DNA from: Nemertoderma westbladi
Lineage: Eukaryota; Animalia; Xenacoelomorpha
Direction of reading: 5' to 3'
NCBI GenBank assembly: GCA_032718475.1
Contig: JAUCBJ010001862.1
Span: forward strand, 1-57,550
Length of the DNA: 57,550 bases
The position numbers were made by a program, and so were the translations under genes. Below are positions 34,820 through 45,520 of the stretch, one piece after another. The notes under the pieces are model-generated. The model searched no databases and had not been told where the DNA came from. It saw only the letters and a list, made by a program, of their open reading frames with translations. Each line of letters opens with the position of its first letter. The first letter of the stretch is position 1.

Positions 34820-37420
34820 ATGGACCCAAATCGCCAAATTATCGGCGAATTACGTAACACGATAGATCTACTGGAATATTCGCAACCCGGATCCCCTGAC
34901 TTTGATACAAATGGGAGCACCCTGCTAAATGAGAACGTGCGAGTCATTAAATTCACCGGGCGAGAGGGACCGGATTCTAAGAATCTACGAGCCCTCCGGT
35001 TAGCTGATGCTAGTACGAGACTGAAAAGAACTCGGAACGCAAAGGCAACCGGAGGGGACGATTCGTCGTTTTGGGAAACGTTCCGGCAGAGCGTCTACAG
35101 ATCCCGATGTTTGATCTACGACAACGAGGGAAACGCGACGCCCACCTCGAAAGCGATTACGTTGGCGAGATGTCAAAGTTTCGTCGACGACAAGAGTACG
35201 TACCTCGCCCACTGGGGAAACCTGTCGGAGTGTACGGCGACGCTTCGAGAGGAACGCGTATCGATTATCCAAAACCGAGACGACTACCAAGAAAAGTACG
35301 GGGCGAAAGAATACGGTCGATCCTTAGTCGTCGTCCTCGGAACCCTGGACGGTTTGGTACTGGTGTGCCGAATATTCCCGACACCCAGACAGGAAGTGCA
35401 GGCAGCCGGAGCGATCTGGTTGCTGCCTCCGGAAATCCAAAAGATCCTCTTCGACTTCGACGTCATTAAAATCGGGTCGGATATCAAGGCGGACGTCCGG
35501 AACGACTACGCGAACGCCCCTGCAGGAAGAAACCGACGAGACGACCTCAACGCCCTTAGCCATTGCATCGACACTCAAACGCTACTAGCCTGGTTACGAT
35601 TCGCCGAGTTCATGCGAGGATTCCAAGAGGTGAGACCGACGAAATCCGGGATCGGCTACCTCGCTGTGCTCAACGGCGGTATCGACTTCAAACCCCAGAA
35701 ATTCCGGGACTATAATAAAATATACGGTGGATACCCGGGATTGGAAATAAAGAGCGAGCGAGAGGGTCGATGGAAGGACGTTGATCGGAAGTGGACGATA
35801 CACCAAAGGTGGGAGAATCCTGATCGACGGAACTACGTTTACGTCGTTATGGAGTGCTACACCGTCGCTAAGTTTATCTGTAAAACTCTCGATAACCTTA
35901 TTACGGCGGTCCCCCTTTCCTTCGTCGACTACGACTGGAACGAGGTTATAAACCACGCGTTTAAAGCGGTCGAGAACATTACACCGGGAGAATCGAAAAC
36001 ACCCGCCGTTATCGATTCCTGGGACGAGAGCGGACCTTACGACATCCCTACGATTACCGAACTTCTCGGTGCGGAGGAGCCTCTGATCTCCTCGGAAGGG
36101 GAAGAGATATGGCTAAACGAGGGTGTTCTACTCTCCACCCCGAAGCGACAACTCGAGCCGGAGGCCGCGTATGGACCGGCCGCCAAACGGGTTGCCTCGG
36201 CCGAACCGATGAAGAGAGCAGGCGTTTACACCCCACGCGGCTCCGGTAGCCCCGCGAGGGAGGTAGCCACTACAGCTGCATTGAGCGACTTCGGCGACAT
36301 ATGCCAACGGTTATCCCCGTATCCTTTCCCGGGTGGCGAAGATTGGTCGTCGGAGATTCCGAGTACCAGCCACCAATGGACCCGCTCAGCGATACTGGTC
36401 GAGGAGGGCCCCAGCGATGCGCCGACACCCGACGATCTCCTCGGTATCCCTCCGTCTAAAACCCCGGCACCCCTTCGCCGACCAGCGGTGGCTACTACAC
36501 CCGCCGTTCCTCAGGACCCTATGCGACTAACCCGTTGGTACGCCGAGCAAACTGAATGGATCCACCGCCAGAAACGGTCATCCGAGTTGAGACCAGCGGG
36601 ACACAAAGAAGGTTATCGGAGCGAGAACCTATTACGCAAAAGCCTAGCATTCCGCGGGCTACCGACCACCGAGAATATTCCGAAGAGCGACCGACGACTC
36701 GAATACTACGTCGGCGTCCCGATTCCGATATTTCCTGGTCGAGAGATACAGTTGGAGGTATGCGGCGACTGCGGTTCGGAGCAGTGCCCACGCAGCAGAA
36801 GGAATCGGGTTACCGATTCTTGCCTCCAGCTCCTCGGGATACTCTATTGCCCATACTGCGCGACATCGGGCCACGACGTTTCCGTCTGCCCGATCCTTTA
36901 TAACCTCTGCACCACGTGCGGTTTCCGTGGACATTCCTCTAGCCCCCGCTGCTATATCAAATGTCCAACCAAAGACGTTACCGCTATGGGCAATATGGTC
37001 ATGTTTGAGACATACGCAAACAGCCACTTAAAGACCAAGGTTCGGAGAAACGCTCGGAATATCGCGCAGGAGATGGCGTGCGGATATTTCTCCTTCCCGG
37101 AACGCCTCCACACGTCGGCCACGCTACCTTTCCATTACGTGGATCTGCTACTGAGCGCCGGATTATTCGGTCCATTTGAAGTCATTAGACGATTATACTC
37201 GTATAAAGAGGAGTTCGGTGACGGAGAATGGTTCCTAGAGGCACGCAAATCTGAGTTGGAGAGACGAACCGACATGATCCCGATGCCTTCGAAAGGAAGA
37301 GCCGCCAGGAGACAAGCCGAAGCGTTACTCACGATGGATGTTGACGCTCCTCTACCAGCCATAGCGATCGATGAGAGTCGACGGGCGAAGAGACGAAAGG
37401 CGTATCAGAGAAAGAAATAG
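34820..37420 (+). CDS. BEL accessory ORF2 (866 aa): DEDDy/WRN-like 3'-5' exonuclease-fold domain + Pro-rich linker + Cys/His zinc knuckles
   Basis: LPPEIQKILFDFDVIKIGSDIKAD, CIDTQ, GIGYLA, RWENP, YVVME; CPYCATSGHDVSVC, CTTCGFRGHSSSPRC; basic C-terminus; no signal peptide or TM segment seen. Confidence 0.75.
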   Translation: MDPNRQIIGELRNTIDLLEYSQPGSPDFDTNGSTLLNENVRVIKFTGREGPDSKNLRALRLADASTRLKRTRNAKATGGDDSSFWETFRQSVYRSRCLIYDNEGNATPTSKAITLARCQSFVDDKSTYLAHWGNLSECTATLREERVSIIQNRDDYQEKYGAKEYGRSLVVVLGTLDGLVLVCRIFPTPRQEVQAAGAIWLLPPEIQKILFDFDVIKIGSDIKADVRNDYANAPAGRNRRDDLNALSHCIDTQTLLAWLRFAEFMRGFQEVRPTKSGIGYLAVLNGGIDFKPQKFRDYNKIYGGYPGLEIKSEREGRWKDVDRKWTIHQRWENPDRRNYVYVVMECYTVAKFICKTLDNLITAVPLSFVDYDWNEVINHAFKAVENITPGESKTPAVIDSWDESGPYDIPTITELLGAEEPLISSEGEEIWLNEGVLLSTPKRQLEPEAAYGPAAKRVASAEPMKRAGVYTPRGSGSPAREVATTAALSDFGDICQRLSPYPFPGGEDWSSEIPSTSHQWTRSAILVEEGPSDAPTPDDLLGIPPSKTPAPLRRPAVATTPAVPQDPMRLTRWYAEQTEWIHRQKRSSELRPAGHKEGYRSENLLRKSLAFRGLPTTENIPKSDRRLEYYVGVPIPIFPGREIQLEVCGDCGSEQCPRSRRNRVTDSCLQLLGILYCPYCATSGHDVSVCPILYNLCTTCGFRGHSSSPRCYIKCPTKDVTAMGNMVMFETYANSHLKTKVRRNARNIAQEMACGYFSFPERLHTSATLPFHYVDLLLSAGLFGPFEVIRRLYSYKEEFGDGEWFLEARKSELERRTDMIPMPSKGRAARRQAEALLTMDVDAPLPAIAIDESRRAKRRKAYQRKK

Positions 37421-37576
37421 TGGATCGGGATATTCCAGGAACATTTATCGAACATTTATTTTTATACAAACTCTAGGCCAAATTAATTAAAAACTATGCA
37501 ATATTAAATTTGGGTTTTTTATATTGGGAATGACCTACGCAAACTCAATCGACCGACAGACTTCACGAAGGTCATT

Positions 37577-37585
37577 GGGGGGGAC
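37577..37585 (+). other. polypurine tract
   Basis: GGGGGGGA immediately before the 3' LTR. Confidence 0.8.
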
Positions 37586-39197
37586 TGTTCGCGGTATTTC
37601 AACTTTCCATAACGCGAGTTGAATATTTTTGTATTTATTTAAAATTGATTATTCCGATATTACTACTGGGTGCGGGACCATGGGTTTTGGGCACATTCAA
37701 TAAACTGGGGGCGATTTATGGGCGAACTTTGGGGCAACTTACAGGGTACGGGAATAATTTCATAGTTATAAGGGCCAGGGGGGGATGGAAAATGCAAGCA
37801 GTATTCAGGTTAGCCTGAGTACTATTAGGCCCTGGCCAACTTCCTGCTGCCTGTAGGGGTGGATTTGGTAATGCGCCAGGCCTAAAGGACAAGGACTGCC
37901 CTTAGCGGTCCCTGGCCAACAGCAGCCATTACGAGACTGAAAAGAACTCGGACCGCTGACTGCTTGTGTCAGGGATTTGCGACGGGCACCGACGGCCCCT
38001 TAGTAGCCAAGCCGTTCTGGTTCTCGATGATCGTTCCCTTCGGGGTTCGTGAGGGGTGGAGCGGACACGCGAACGGGTGGCCAACTAACGACTGCCCCCT
38101 GACCTAAGCCGTACTGGTTCTCGATGACCGATCCCTTCGGGGTTCGTGAGGGGTGGGACGGACATGCGAAAGGGCTGGCCACAGGACGGGTTTGACGAGA
38201 ACTGCCCTTAGCGGTCTCTGGTCAACGGCAGCTACTACGAGACTGAAAAGAACTCGGAACGCTGACTGCTTGTACTGGGATTTGCGACGGGAACCGACGA
38301 CAGACCCCTTAGCCAAGCCGTACTGGTTCTCGATGATCGTTCCCTTCGGGGTTCGTGAGGGGTGGAACGGACACGCGATGGGGTCGAAAGACAAAGGACT
38401 AGACTCGACTAGACTCTACTGGCCTACCGACTGTTCGGAGCAGTTTCTCGGCTGCCGAAGCGACTACGAGCCTGAAACGGACTCGGAAAGCCTAGGTGGT
38501 TGGGTTTCTGTGATGAACTGACGGACCCCTAGCCAAGCCGTTCTGGTTCTCGATGATCGAACCCTTCGGGGTTCGTGAGGGGTGGAACGGACACGCGAAC
38601 GGGTCCACCGACACGACAGACTCCTAGCCAAGCCGTACTGGTTCTCGATGACCGAACCCTTCGGGGTTCGAGAGGGGTGGTACGGATACGCGACAGAGTC
38701 TACCGACTGGACCGACCCTTAGCCAAGCCGTGCTGGTTCTCGATGATCGTTCCCTTCGGGGTTCGTGAGGGGTGGAACGGACACGCGACAGGGTCGACCG
38801 ACACCGACACTACGGCACTAAGACTGGGACCGAGGGAAAATCTGGGGAACATTAGGTAGGCTAAAATTCTGAGCAAACAGTGGGTTATTAAATAATATAC
38901 TGTAGGGATTTATATTATCGTGTATAATTATTGTGAATATTTGGTGTATATTGATTTGGGGAAGCCCAAAATTATTCTTAATCAAGTTTCAATGATGTTG
39001 AACGGGTTTCAACTATAGGAAGTTACATTAAAGAGTATATCCAACTAATGCAGCTTTTTATCAACCGCAAACTTGCATCTCAGAAAATATTCCCTCCCCA
39101 CAATCAATATCCGGTGACTGGCCGGGGCTCGGTGGTCTGTTAAGTCACGTCTCCAGCATCGGCGTTTTTCCCCCCTGGTGTAGGGATAACGGCAACA
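37586..39197 (+). repeat. 3' LTR (1612 bp)
   Basis: near-identical to the 5' LTR, followed by TSD TTTAT. Confidence 0.97.
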
Positions 39198-39465
39198 TTT
39201 ATTATATTTATTAGTAATATTATTATTAATTAACAAATATTATATTACAACTAAGAAGACAAGTAGTAATGTAAATTATTAATTAATAAATTTAAATAAA
39301 ACAAAAGAAAAAACTTTTCCATACAATTCCATCTATATATTTCAGTATTATATAGAGACATATTTATTAATTAATATTACTACTAATTAATTAATAGAAA
39401 ATAATTAGAAATTTACTCTCTGAGTTTACCATGAGCTGAAAAACGATTTAGCTTTCATATAGAGT

Positions 39466-41355
39466 TCAGTGTGTGTTCTTTGAATGGTAAATTATCCAAC
39501 AAACTTTTCCGTGATCACTGTGCAGTCTCTTCTTACATTTTCTACATTGAATTCGCGTATTTTTTTGACATACAGCACATCTTCCTTGTGTAACTTCTTC
39601 CCTAAAGTGCTCCATTTCGTCACATCGGATATCATCAGGTACATGACGCGGTTTACCACTCATACGCCTTGGTTCCCTTATTTGAGCAGTGGCTCCAACA
39701 GTGCCAGATACAATAAGATGTGTAAGATGTGTGATAGCTGCTCTCCTTTCGGAAATATGCGACAATGAACTCTCCAAGCAGCAGTCATGCAAACCCCTAG
39801 AGATTCAATGAAAAGTGGAAACCACCACTTCTTGGCTTTTATTCGGGGACGATATGAAGAAACTAACCTATCTAACAAATCTACACCACCCATACCCTGG
39901 TTATACTTCACAACATCTCCAGGAACCTTCACTTGAACACTACCACCTTTGACTCTCCTCTTTACATTTCCAACTGGTTCATGTCCAATAGCATTGCTTG
40001 CCATGTGAACGATGTTATTGTCATGCCACTTTGTGATATGAACAATGCCATCACATATATAGTCAAATGTTCCTCGAGGCGATTTTTTCATATCCTTCGT
40101 GCTCATCAGGCTGATATTTGCACCACCTGTTCTGTCTTGTCGTATTGTACCAGTTGTTGCTGCACCTCGTTCCTTCATCACTCGTAGCAAAGCATAACTA
40201 GTAAAGAAATTGTCAATGTAAAAATGGTGTTTAGACAATAATGACACACTTTCAATAACATCAGCCATGTGGAGAACGACCTTCCCACCAAGGGTAGTTT
40301 TTGGAACTTTCTCTCGTGCTCGTTCATAGCGATCCACTTTTGCCTGCTTTGCTGGTGGTGCCTTCTCTTTATTGGTAGATTGGGTATCAGCACCATCTTT
40401 CTCCTTTCCAGTGTAAATCTTTAGTTGATACGGATATCCATTACTGCCTGCAACGCACCACCCCTTGTACCCAAAACGAACGGGTTTATTAGCCATAAAC
40501 TGCCTAGCTGAATGAAGGCCATAGTAAGGTATCATGGCTTCATCTATTGATAGTTCACTATCAAATATCCCAAACTGAAGAAGTCAAGCATTCATCATAT
40601 CGTATAAGGGCTGAACCTTCGCAATTTTGTTGCCTTGTTCTAAGTTAAGATTGTCAGCCAGGTGAAAGTATCGCTTGATTAATTCAAATCGATTTCGCGG
40701 CATCGTTTCTTTTACAATTGGAATACCAAGATCATTGTCATCTGACCACATATCACGCTGAGATGGTACTTGGTGATAGCCAGACAATAAAATAATCCCA
40801 AGAAACTTACGAATTTCAATGTCGTTAGTCTTGAATGGAGGGCAGTTTTTATCTCTATTCGCATATAAATCAGTCTGAGTCACAAAAATATCAATCATTT
40901 CGTTGTCCATGTATTTGGAGAATAGTTTGAACGGAGAAGCTCCTGCTATTGATGGATCAACACAGTCCGGTTTTTCTAAACTTTGAAGTTCTGGTTGTGG
41001 AGGGTGCGCTATATTTAAGTTTTTCCGCCATTTATGCTTTTCATGCACAGATTCTTCAACCTCATCAGCATCATTGGATGTCTCGTCATAGTTGTAATCA
41101 TTCTCATATTCCTCTTCCACTTCTATTTCACCAGCAGGCTCAGGTAGGAATGTTGGGTCTATGTCGTCATCCTGCTCCTCATCACTGTCAGCATTGCGGT
41201 CGTCACCTGTATCAGGAGGCAGTATGGTCACAGTTGTAGACAAAGTCCCATGGTGTGATGCTATTGAATCAGCAGCATCTCCTGAGAGTTTTAAATCGTG
41301 CAGTTCTTGTTATTCCACGTTTTCCATAGAATGATACTGGGTCTGCCACTGCCAT
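39466..41355 (-). pseudogene. piggyBac (PGBD2/3-like) transposase with in-frame stop and frameshifts
   Basis: SIDEAMIPY, NKPVRFGYK, YIDNFFTS, YNQGMGGVDLLD, C-terminal Cys-rich domain; TGA at 40584-40586 in frame; frameshifts near 41280 and 39720. Confidence 0.92.
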
Positions 41356-42201
41356 AATGTGATAATTATTGATGTAAACTCAAAAAAGATGCTAAACTAA
41401 TACTGTATTGTGTAGAGTGTAATATGGTAATACTATGCTGAATGTTTGGATCTGAAATGCTGAAAACCAAAATCTATAAGTCCAATGATACAATGCCGTA
41501 ATGTGCATTAATGCCTGAGTTTACAGTACAGTATACTGTATTAGTCTACAGTAATACTGTAATAGCCAACAATCAATGGACATGAGCACTGAATTCCTAA
41601 ATACAGAAATATACCAGTGACAATGGTACATCAGCTACAGTACAGCTGTACTGTACTCTGCCTGTATGACCTAACCTGTGACATAATGACAATACATGAA
41701 TGCAGCAATAGCCTGTTGTGCAGCTAGGCCATATGCACCTAGTTTCAAATAATACAAGGTGTTATAATACAATAAACGTGCTGTACACCTAAATTACCTA
41801 AAAAAGCTAGTTTGTTAATGCCCACTGTTCCCAAATGGGAACATCATAAACTTAATTGAATATGGTGGCCGTTTCCATAAAATAATGACTTTAGGAATTA
41901 GTACCATATCTTATGAACACAAAATAATGTCCTAAACATAAAAATTTATTTTTGGATACCCACTAGGTACCACACAAAATTCGTAATCGTAAAAAATAAA
42001 AAATCTTAATTTTTCCCTAACTTCGACTGCGAATTAAACATACACACTGTGGGTTATACGAGGGTTTTTCTGTCAAAAATCAAAGATCCACTCTTTATGA
42101 ACCAACTTCATTGAAAAAATATTCTCCAAACCCCTCCAATGGCATTTTGCAGGCCTTTGAAAACCATGTTCCCATTTGGGAACAGTGGGCGTTAGAAGGT
42201 T

Positions 42202-42450
42202 TTAAGAACAATCAAGCCATTTGGTCTCAACACTATAAATGAAGCGGTTTGCAATAATTTCGGCTTAGACGTATTTAATCCAGATTAGAGAACTCATTAT
42301 GTAGACTAATGTACTGTAGATGCTTAATTTCATGGATACTGTAATGAATTAGCTATTTATTTATTTAATTATTTAAATCACTTGAAAAAGAAATATTATA
42401 TTATTTCGAAAGCTTGTGTAATTTCTTATAATTTTTATTTAACGTGGTTG
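42202..42450 (+). mobile_element. Penelope 3' end with hammerhead-like motif (42379-42423)
   Basis: LRTIKPFGLNTINE; CACTTGAAAAAGAAAT..ATTTCGAAAGCTTGTG. Confidence 0.75.
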
Positions 42451-42579
42451 ATCTTGGTTTCCTTACAATTATATTTATATATTTAATTTTTGTAACCGGA
42501 TCCCACACCCCAACGGCTTTGACTTGCTAAGTTTATAATCTATACAGTACTGTATATATAATATCTGTAAAGATATCTG

Positions 42580-42645
42580 TTACAATGATGTCGAAGTTAT
42601 ATTACATTGCCAGAGCTACATTCACTGGCATTTATTATAGTAATC
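42580..42645 (+). pseudogene. degenerate copy of gene A first exon
   Basis: GTTACAATGATGTCGAAGTTA matches GTTACATAATCATGTCGAAGTTA at 5301-5323, but the hydrophobic core and donor look eroded. Confidence 0.45.
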
Positions 42646-42664
42646 TTTAATTAATGTCTTCGTC

Positions 42665-43043
42665 TTATATTTTAATTAACAGGATATTGGTTCTTCTTTT
42701 TTCTCTACTATTCTCTGTTCCAGTAGCCGAGCACCGGCCTACTGTACCACTGAGGGATGCAGGCAGTCCTTGTTGACTCCGATGATGACCGAGGACCGAG
42801 CCAGTTATTCTTCTGGAGGTTCTCATTCTAATATCTTTCAGTTGCGGGAGTAAACCGCTCGTGGTCGCAACTAATAATACAAGCATCATTGCAGTAGGCC
42901 ACTGTAATACCTTCTTTGCTTTGCTCCTTGTCTGCATGGCTAGCCGCTGCTGGTGAATTACCTCCCACTTACCTAACCTTTTCATGGTATAAAGACTTCA
43001 ATGGTGCCCTGGGCAATGTAGCCATTTATGAATTCTTTAGTTG
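42665..43043 (-). mobile_element. 5' fragment of an RTE LINE related to 8367-11718
   Basis: shared CAACTAAA..AGGGCACCATTGAAG, AGTTGCGACCAC.AGCGGTTTACTCCCGCAACTGAAAGATAT, and peptide ATGTE...RRTN. Confidence 0.8.
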
Positions 43044-43315
43044 GGGTGGGTCTAGAAACCCACATAATTTTCAACGATATTCTTTCGTAGAAATGCATAG
43101 TGATAGTACAGTAGACCCCAGTCCGATTCCAAATTGTCTCTAATATCAGTAAGATCCCCTTCCAAAGACATTGTTGTTTCACTTATTATTATTGCCATTC
43201 AAAGTTGACAAAGATTGGCCAACTGAATAAAAACGGGAAAACGCAACCCGGCATTAATTTTAACGATTAATAAACTACAATAATAAATCAATGTTGAATA
43301 TTTATCATTTTTTAG

Positions 43316-43504
43316 ATTTATGTCCAACCGGTAGAACGAATTCTGGGGATCAACCCAACAAAGCTTGCAAGTTCCCGTTTGTCTACGAAGGCGTCACTTA
43401 CGACAAATGTACTACGGCGAAAAATTCCGGAGTACCTTGGTGCCCTACGGTGGTTCCGTATATAAGGGGATCACGTAACTGGGGCAACTGTGAATACGAA
43501 CCAT
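43316..43504 (+). CDS. fibronectin type II domain exon (gene B)
   Basis: tttttag| acceptor, T|GTAAGT donor, 189 nt, phase 1-1; CKFPFVYEGVTYDKCT...PWC......NWGNC. Confidence 0.9.
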
Positions 43505-43562
43505 GTAAGTTTTACTGGTAGCGGGGTTGGCCTAGTTGATGTGTACCGGTAGGGCTGCTCTT

Positions 43563-43985
43563 TAGTACTTCTGCTAGGATCGGCATGCTGCATTGCAGCT
43601 GCATTTTTAAGAATGCTGTGCCGGCTGTTGCCGGCAAAATTGCACCGCCACAACTCCCTATCACCCATGACATTTGCAAGATCATCCGCATCTTCAAGGC
43701 CAGTATCCTTTAAGATGCGTCTCAAGAAAGTCATGGGCTGTCCACCATGCTTATTCACTCCATGAGGCTGCCAAAGTACAAGATGATGCACTGGTTGGTC
43801 CTCACGGCGAAAGCAATGTCCTGCAAAGCGGAGGCGATTTTGTTCTAGTGTCAAGCTTGGGGGAACCAATGAGACACCTCCAATGTTATATAGTGTCTGG
43901 TTGGAGATGTGTGCATTGTACTTGACACAATGAACCCGGCGTAGCATTCTTGTGAATGTGCCATCCAGAGATTTGGTGTCAGAGC
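43563..43985 (-). mobile_element. 3' fragment of RTE LINE (same family as 16960-17914)
   Basis: near-identical peptide DTKSLDGTFTRMLRRV...RELWRCNF. Confidence 0.9.
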
Positions 43986-44379
43986 CCAACATGGCTCTTT
44001 AGTAGACTGGTATAACAACCATGAATTCGAGATATGAATTGTGTCCCAACTCTCTGCTAGTGAACCCTATTTCCATACACCAAACAATGTCCACACTGCG
44101 GTCATCAAAACAACGTAATATTTAGCAGAATTTGGATTGGCGGATTTGAAATCTCTTACATTCGGCACATGACAGGATTCAATTTTGTTGACAATTTCCA
44201 AAATGCGGGTTTTGCTCCTACACCCCCCCCCCCCCCCCCCCCCCCCTTACTTACATAAGTATATGGTGATTCTATATTAAATGGTCCGAATTAATATAAT
44301 AATAATTCAATAATAATAATACAATAATACTGTTTGTAGCATTCTAGTTTCTATATTATATATTATTTTATTCCTATAG

Positions 44380-44786
44380 GTCAGATTTCAATTCCTGCGA
44401 AATTTCAAAGCGAGCATGTTGGACCAAGTGGTCCAGACAGTTGGTGCACACATAACGTAGATGTAGATTATACGCCGCTGAGTGATGCAGAAATATTTGA
44501 TAAGATAGATACAGCCATAGGCTGCTACCAAACCATTACCATGTCATCCATAGAGGTATGTAGCTGTGCCCTCTGTTTTGTCGATGGTGTTAACACCCCT
44601 CATAAATTCAGTGATTTCACCACTACAAAGTGCTCTCAGTCTAAAACCAAGTGTCTTGAGACCATTATAGTTCACGACAAGAAGTTATTGCCCATCAAGA
44701 AATTGCAGCTTGGCGATACCGGTAGTTCCGACGAGGAGATATACAGCGAAGGTGTCAGTGATTTAATCTGCAACGTACTATCATAA
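44380..44786 (+). CDS. terminal exon of gene B: fibrinogen-related domain, copy 4
   Basis: cctatag| phase-1 acceptor in frame with the FN2 exon; GCYQTIT, CFVDG, DKKLLPIKKLQLGDTG; TAA at 44784. Confidence 0.8.
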
Positions 44787-45520
44787 AATGTATCGAACTG
44801 TGTTGGTGGAAATGCTTCCTTTAAATGTAGCGAACTTTGTTGGTGGAAATGCTTCCTTAAATGTATCGAACTTTGTTGGTGGAAATACTTCCTTAAATGT
44901 ATCGAACTTGGTTGGTGGAAATACTTCCTTAAATGTATCGCACTTTGTTGGTTGGAATTCTTCCTTAAATGTATCGAACTTTGTTGGTGGAAATGCTTCC
45001 TTAAATGTATCGAACTTTGTTGGTGGAAATGCTTCCTTAAATGTATCGAACTTTGTTGGTGGAAATACTTCCTTAAATGTATCGAACTTTGTTGGTGGAA
45101 ATGCTTCCTTAAATGTATCGAACTTTGTTGGTGGAAATGCTTCCTTAAATGTATCGAACTTTGTTGGTGGAAATACTTCCTTAAATATATCGAACTTTGT
45201 TGCTGGAAATGCTTCCTTAAATGTATCGAACTTTGTTGGTGGAAATTCTTCCTTAAATGTATCGAACTTTGTTGGTGGAAATACTTCCTTAAATATATCG
45301 AACTTTGTTGCTGGAAATGCTTCCTTAAATGTATCGAACTTTGTTGGTGGAAATGCTTCCTTAAATGTATCGAACTTGGTTGGTGGAAATACTTCCTTAA
45401 ATGTATCGAACTTTGTTGGTGGAAATACTTCCTTAAATATATCGAACTTTGTTGCTGGAAATGCTTCCTTAAATGTATCGAACTTTGTTGGTGGAAATGC
45501 TTCCTTAAATGTATCGAACC
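44787..45520. repeat. 36-bp minisatellite, ~20 copies, directly after the stop codon
   Basis: AATGTATCGAACTTTGTTGGTGGAAATGCTTCCTTA repeated. Confidence 0.95.

Larger units (their letters stand above)
24903..39197 (+). mobile_element. intact BEL/Pao LTR retrotransposon with extra ORFs
   Basis: 1612-bp near-identical TG...CA LTRs, 5-bp TSD TTTAT (24898-24902, 39198-39202), PPT, single intact gag-pol ORF. Confidence 0.97.
24598..42201 (-). mobile_element. piggyBac DNA transposon (~3.3 kb without the nested BEL element)
   Basis: TTAA TSDs at 24594-24597 and 42202-42205; TIR AACCTTCTAA; subterminal ATGTTCCCATTTGGGAACAGTGGGC motifs near 24730, 41820 (inverted) and 42166. Confidence 0.9.

Noticed and set aside
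34820-37420. ORF2 as an env gene
   Set aside because: No signal peptide or transmembrane helix; motifs fit an exonuclease fold and zinc knuckles
42680-42780. plus-strand hydrophobic stretch ILVLLFSLLFSVPVA as signal peptide of gene B
   Set aside because: It is the antisense of the RTE 5' fragment and runs into a stop; exonisation cannot be supported from sequence alone
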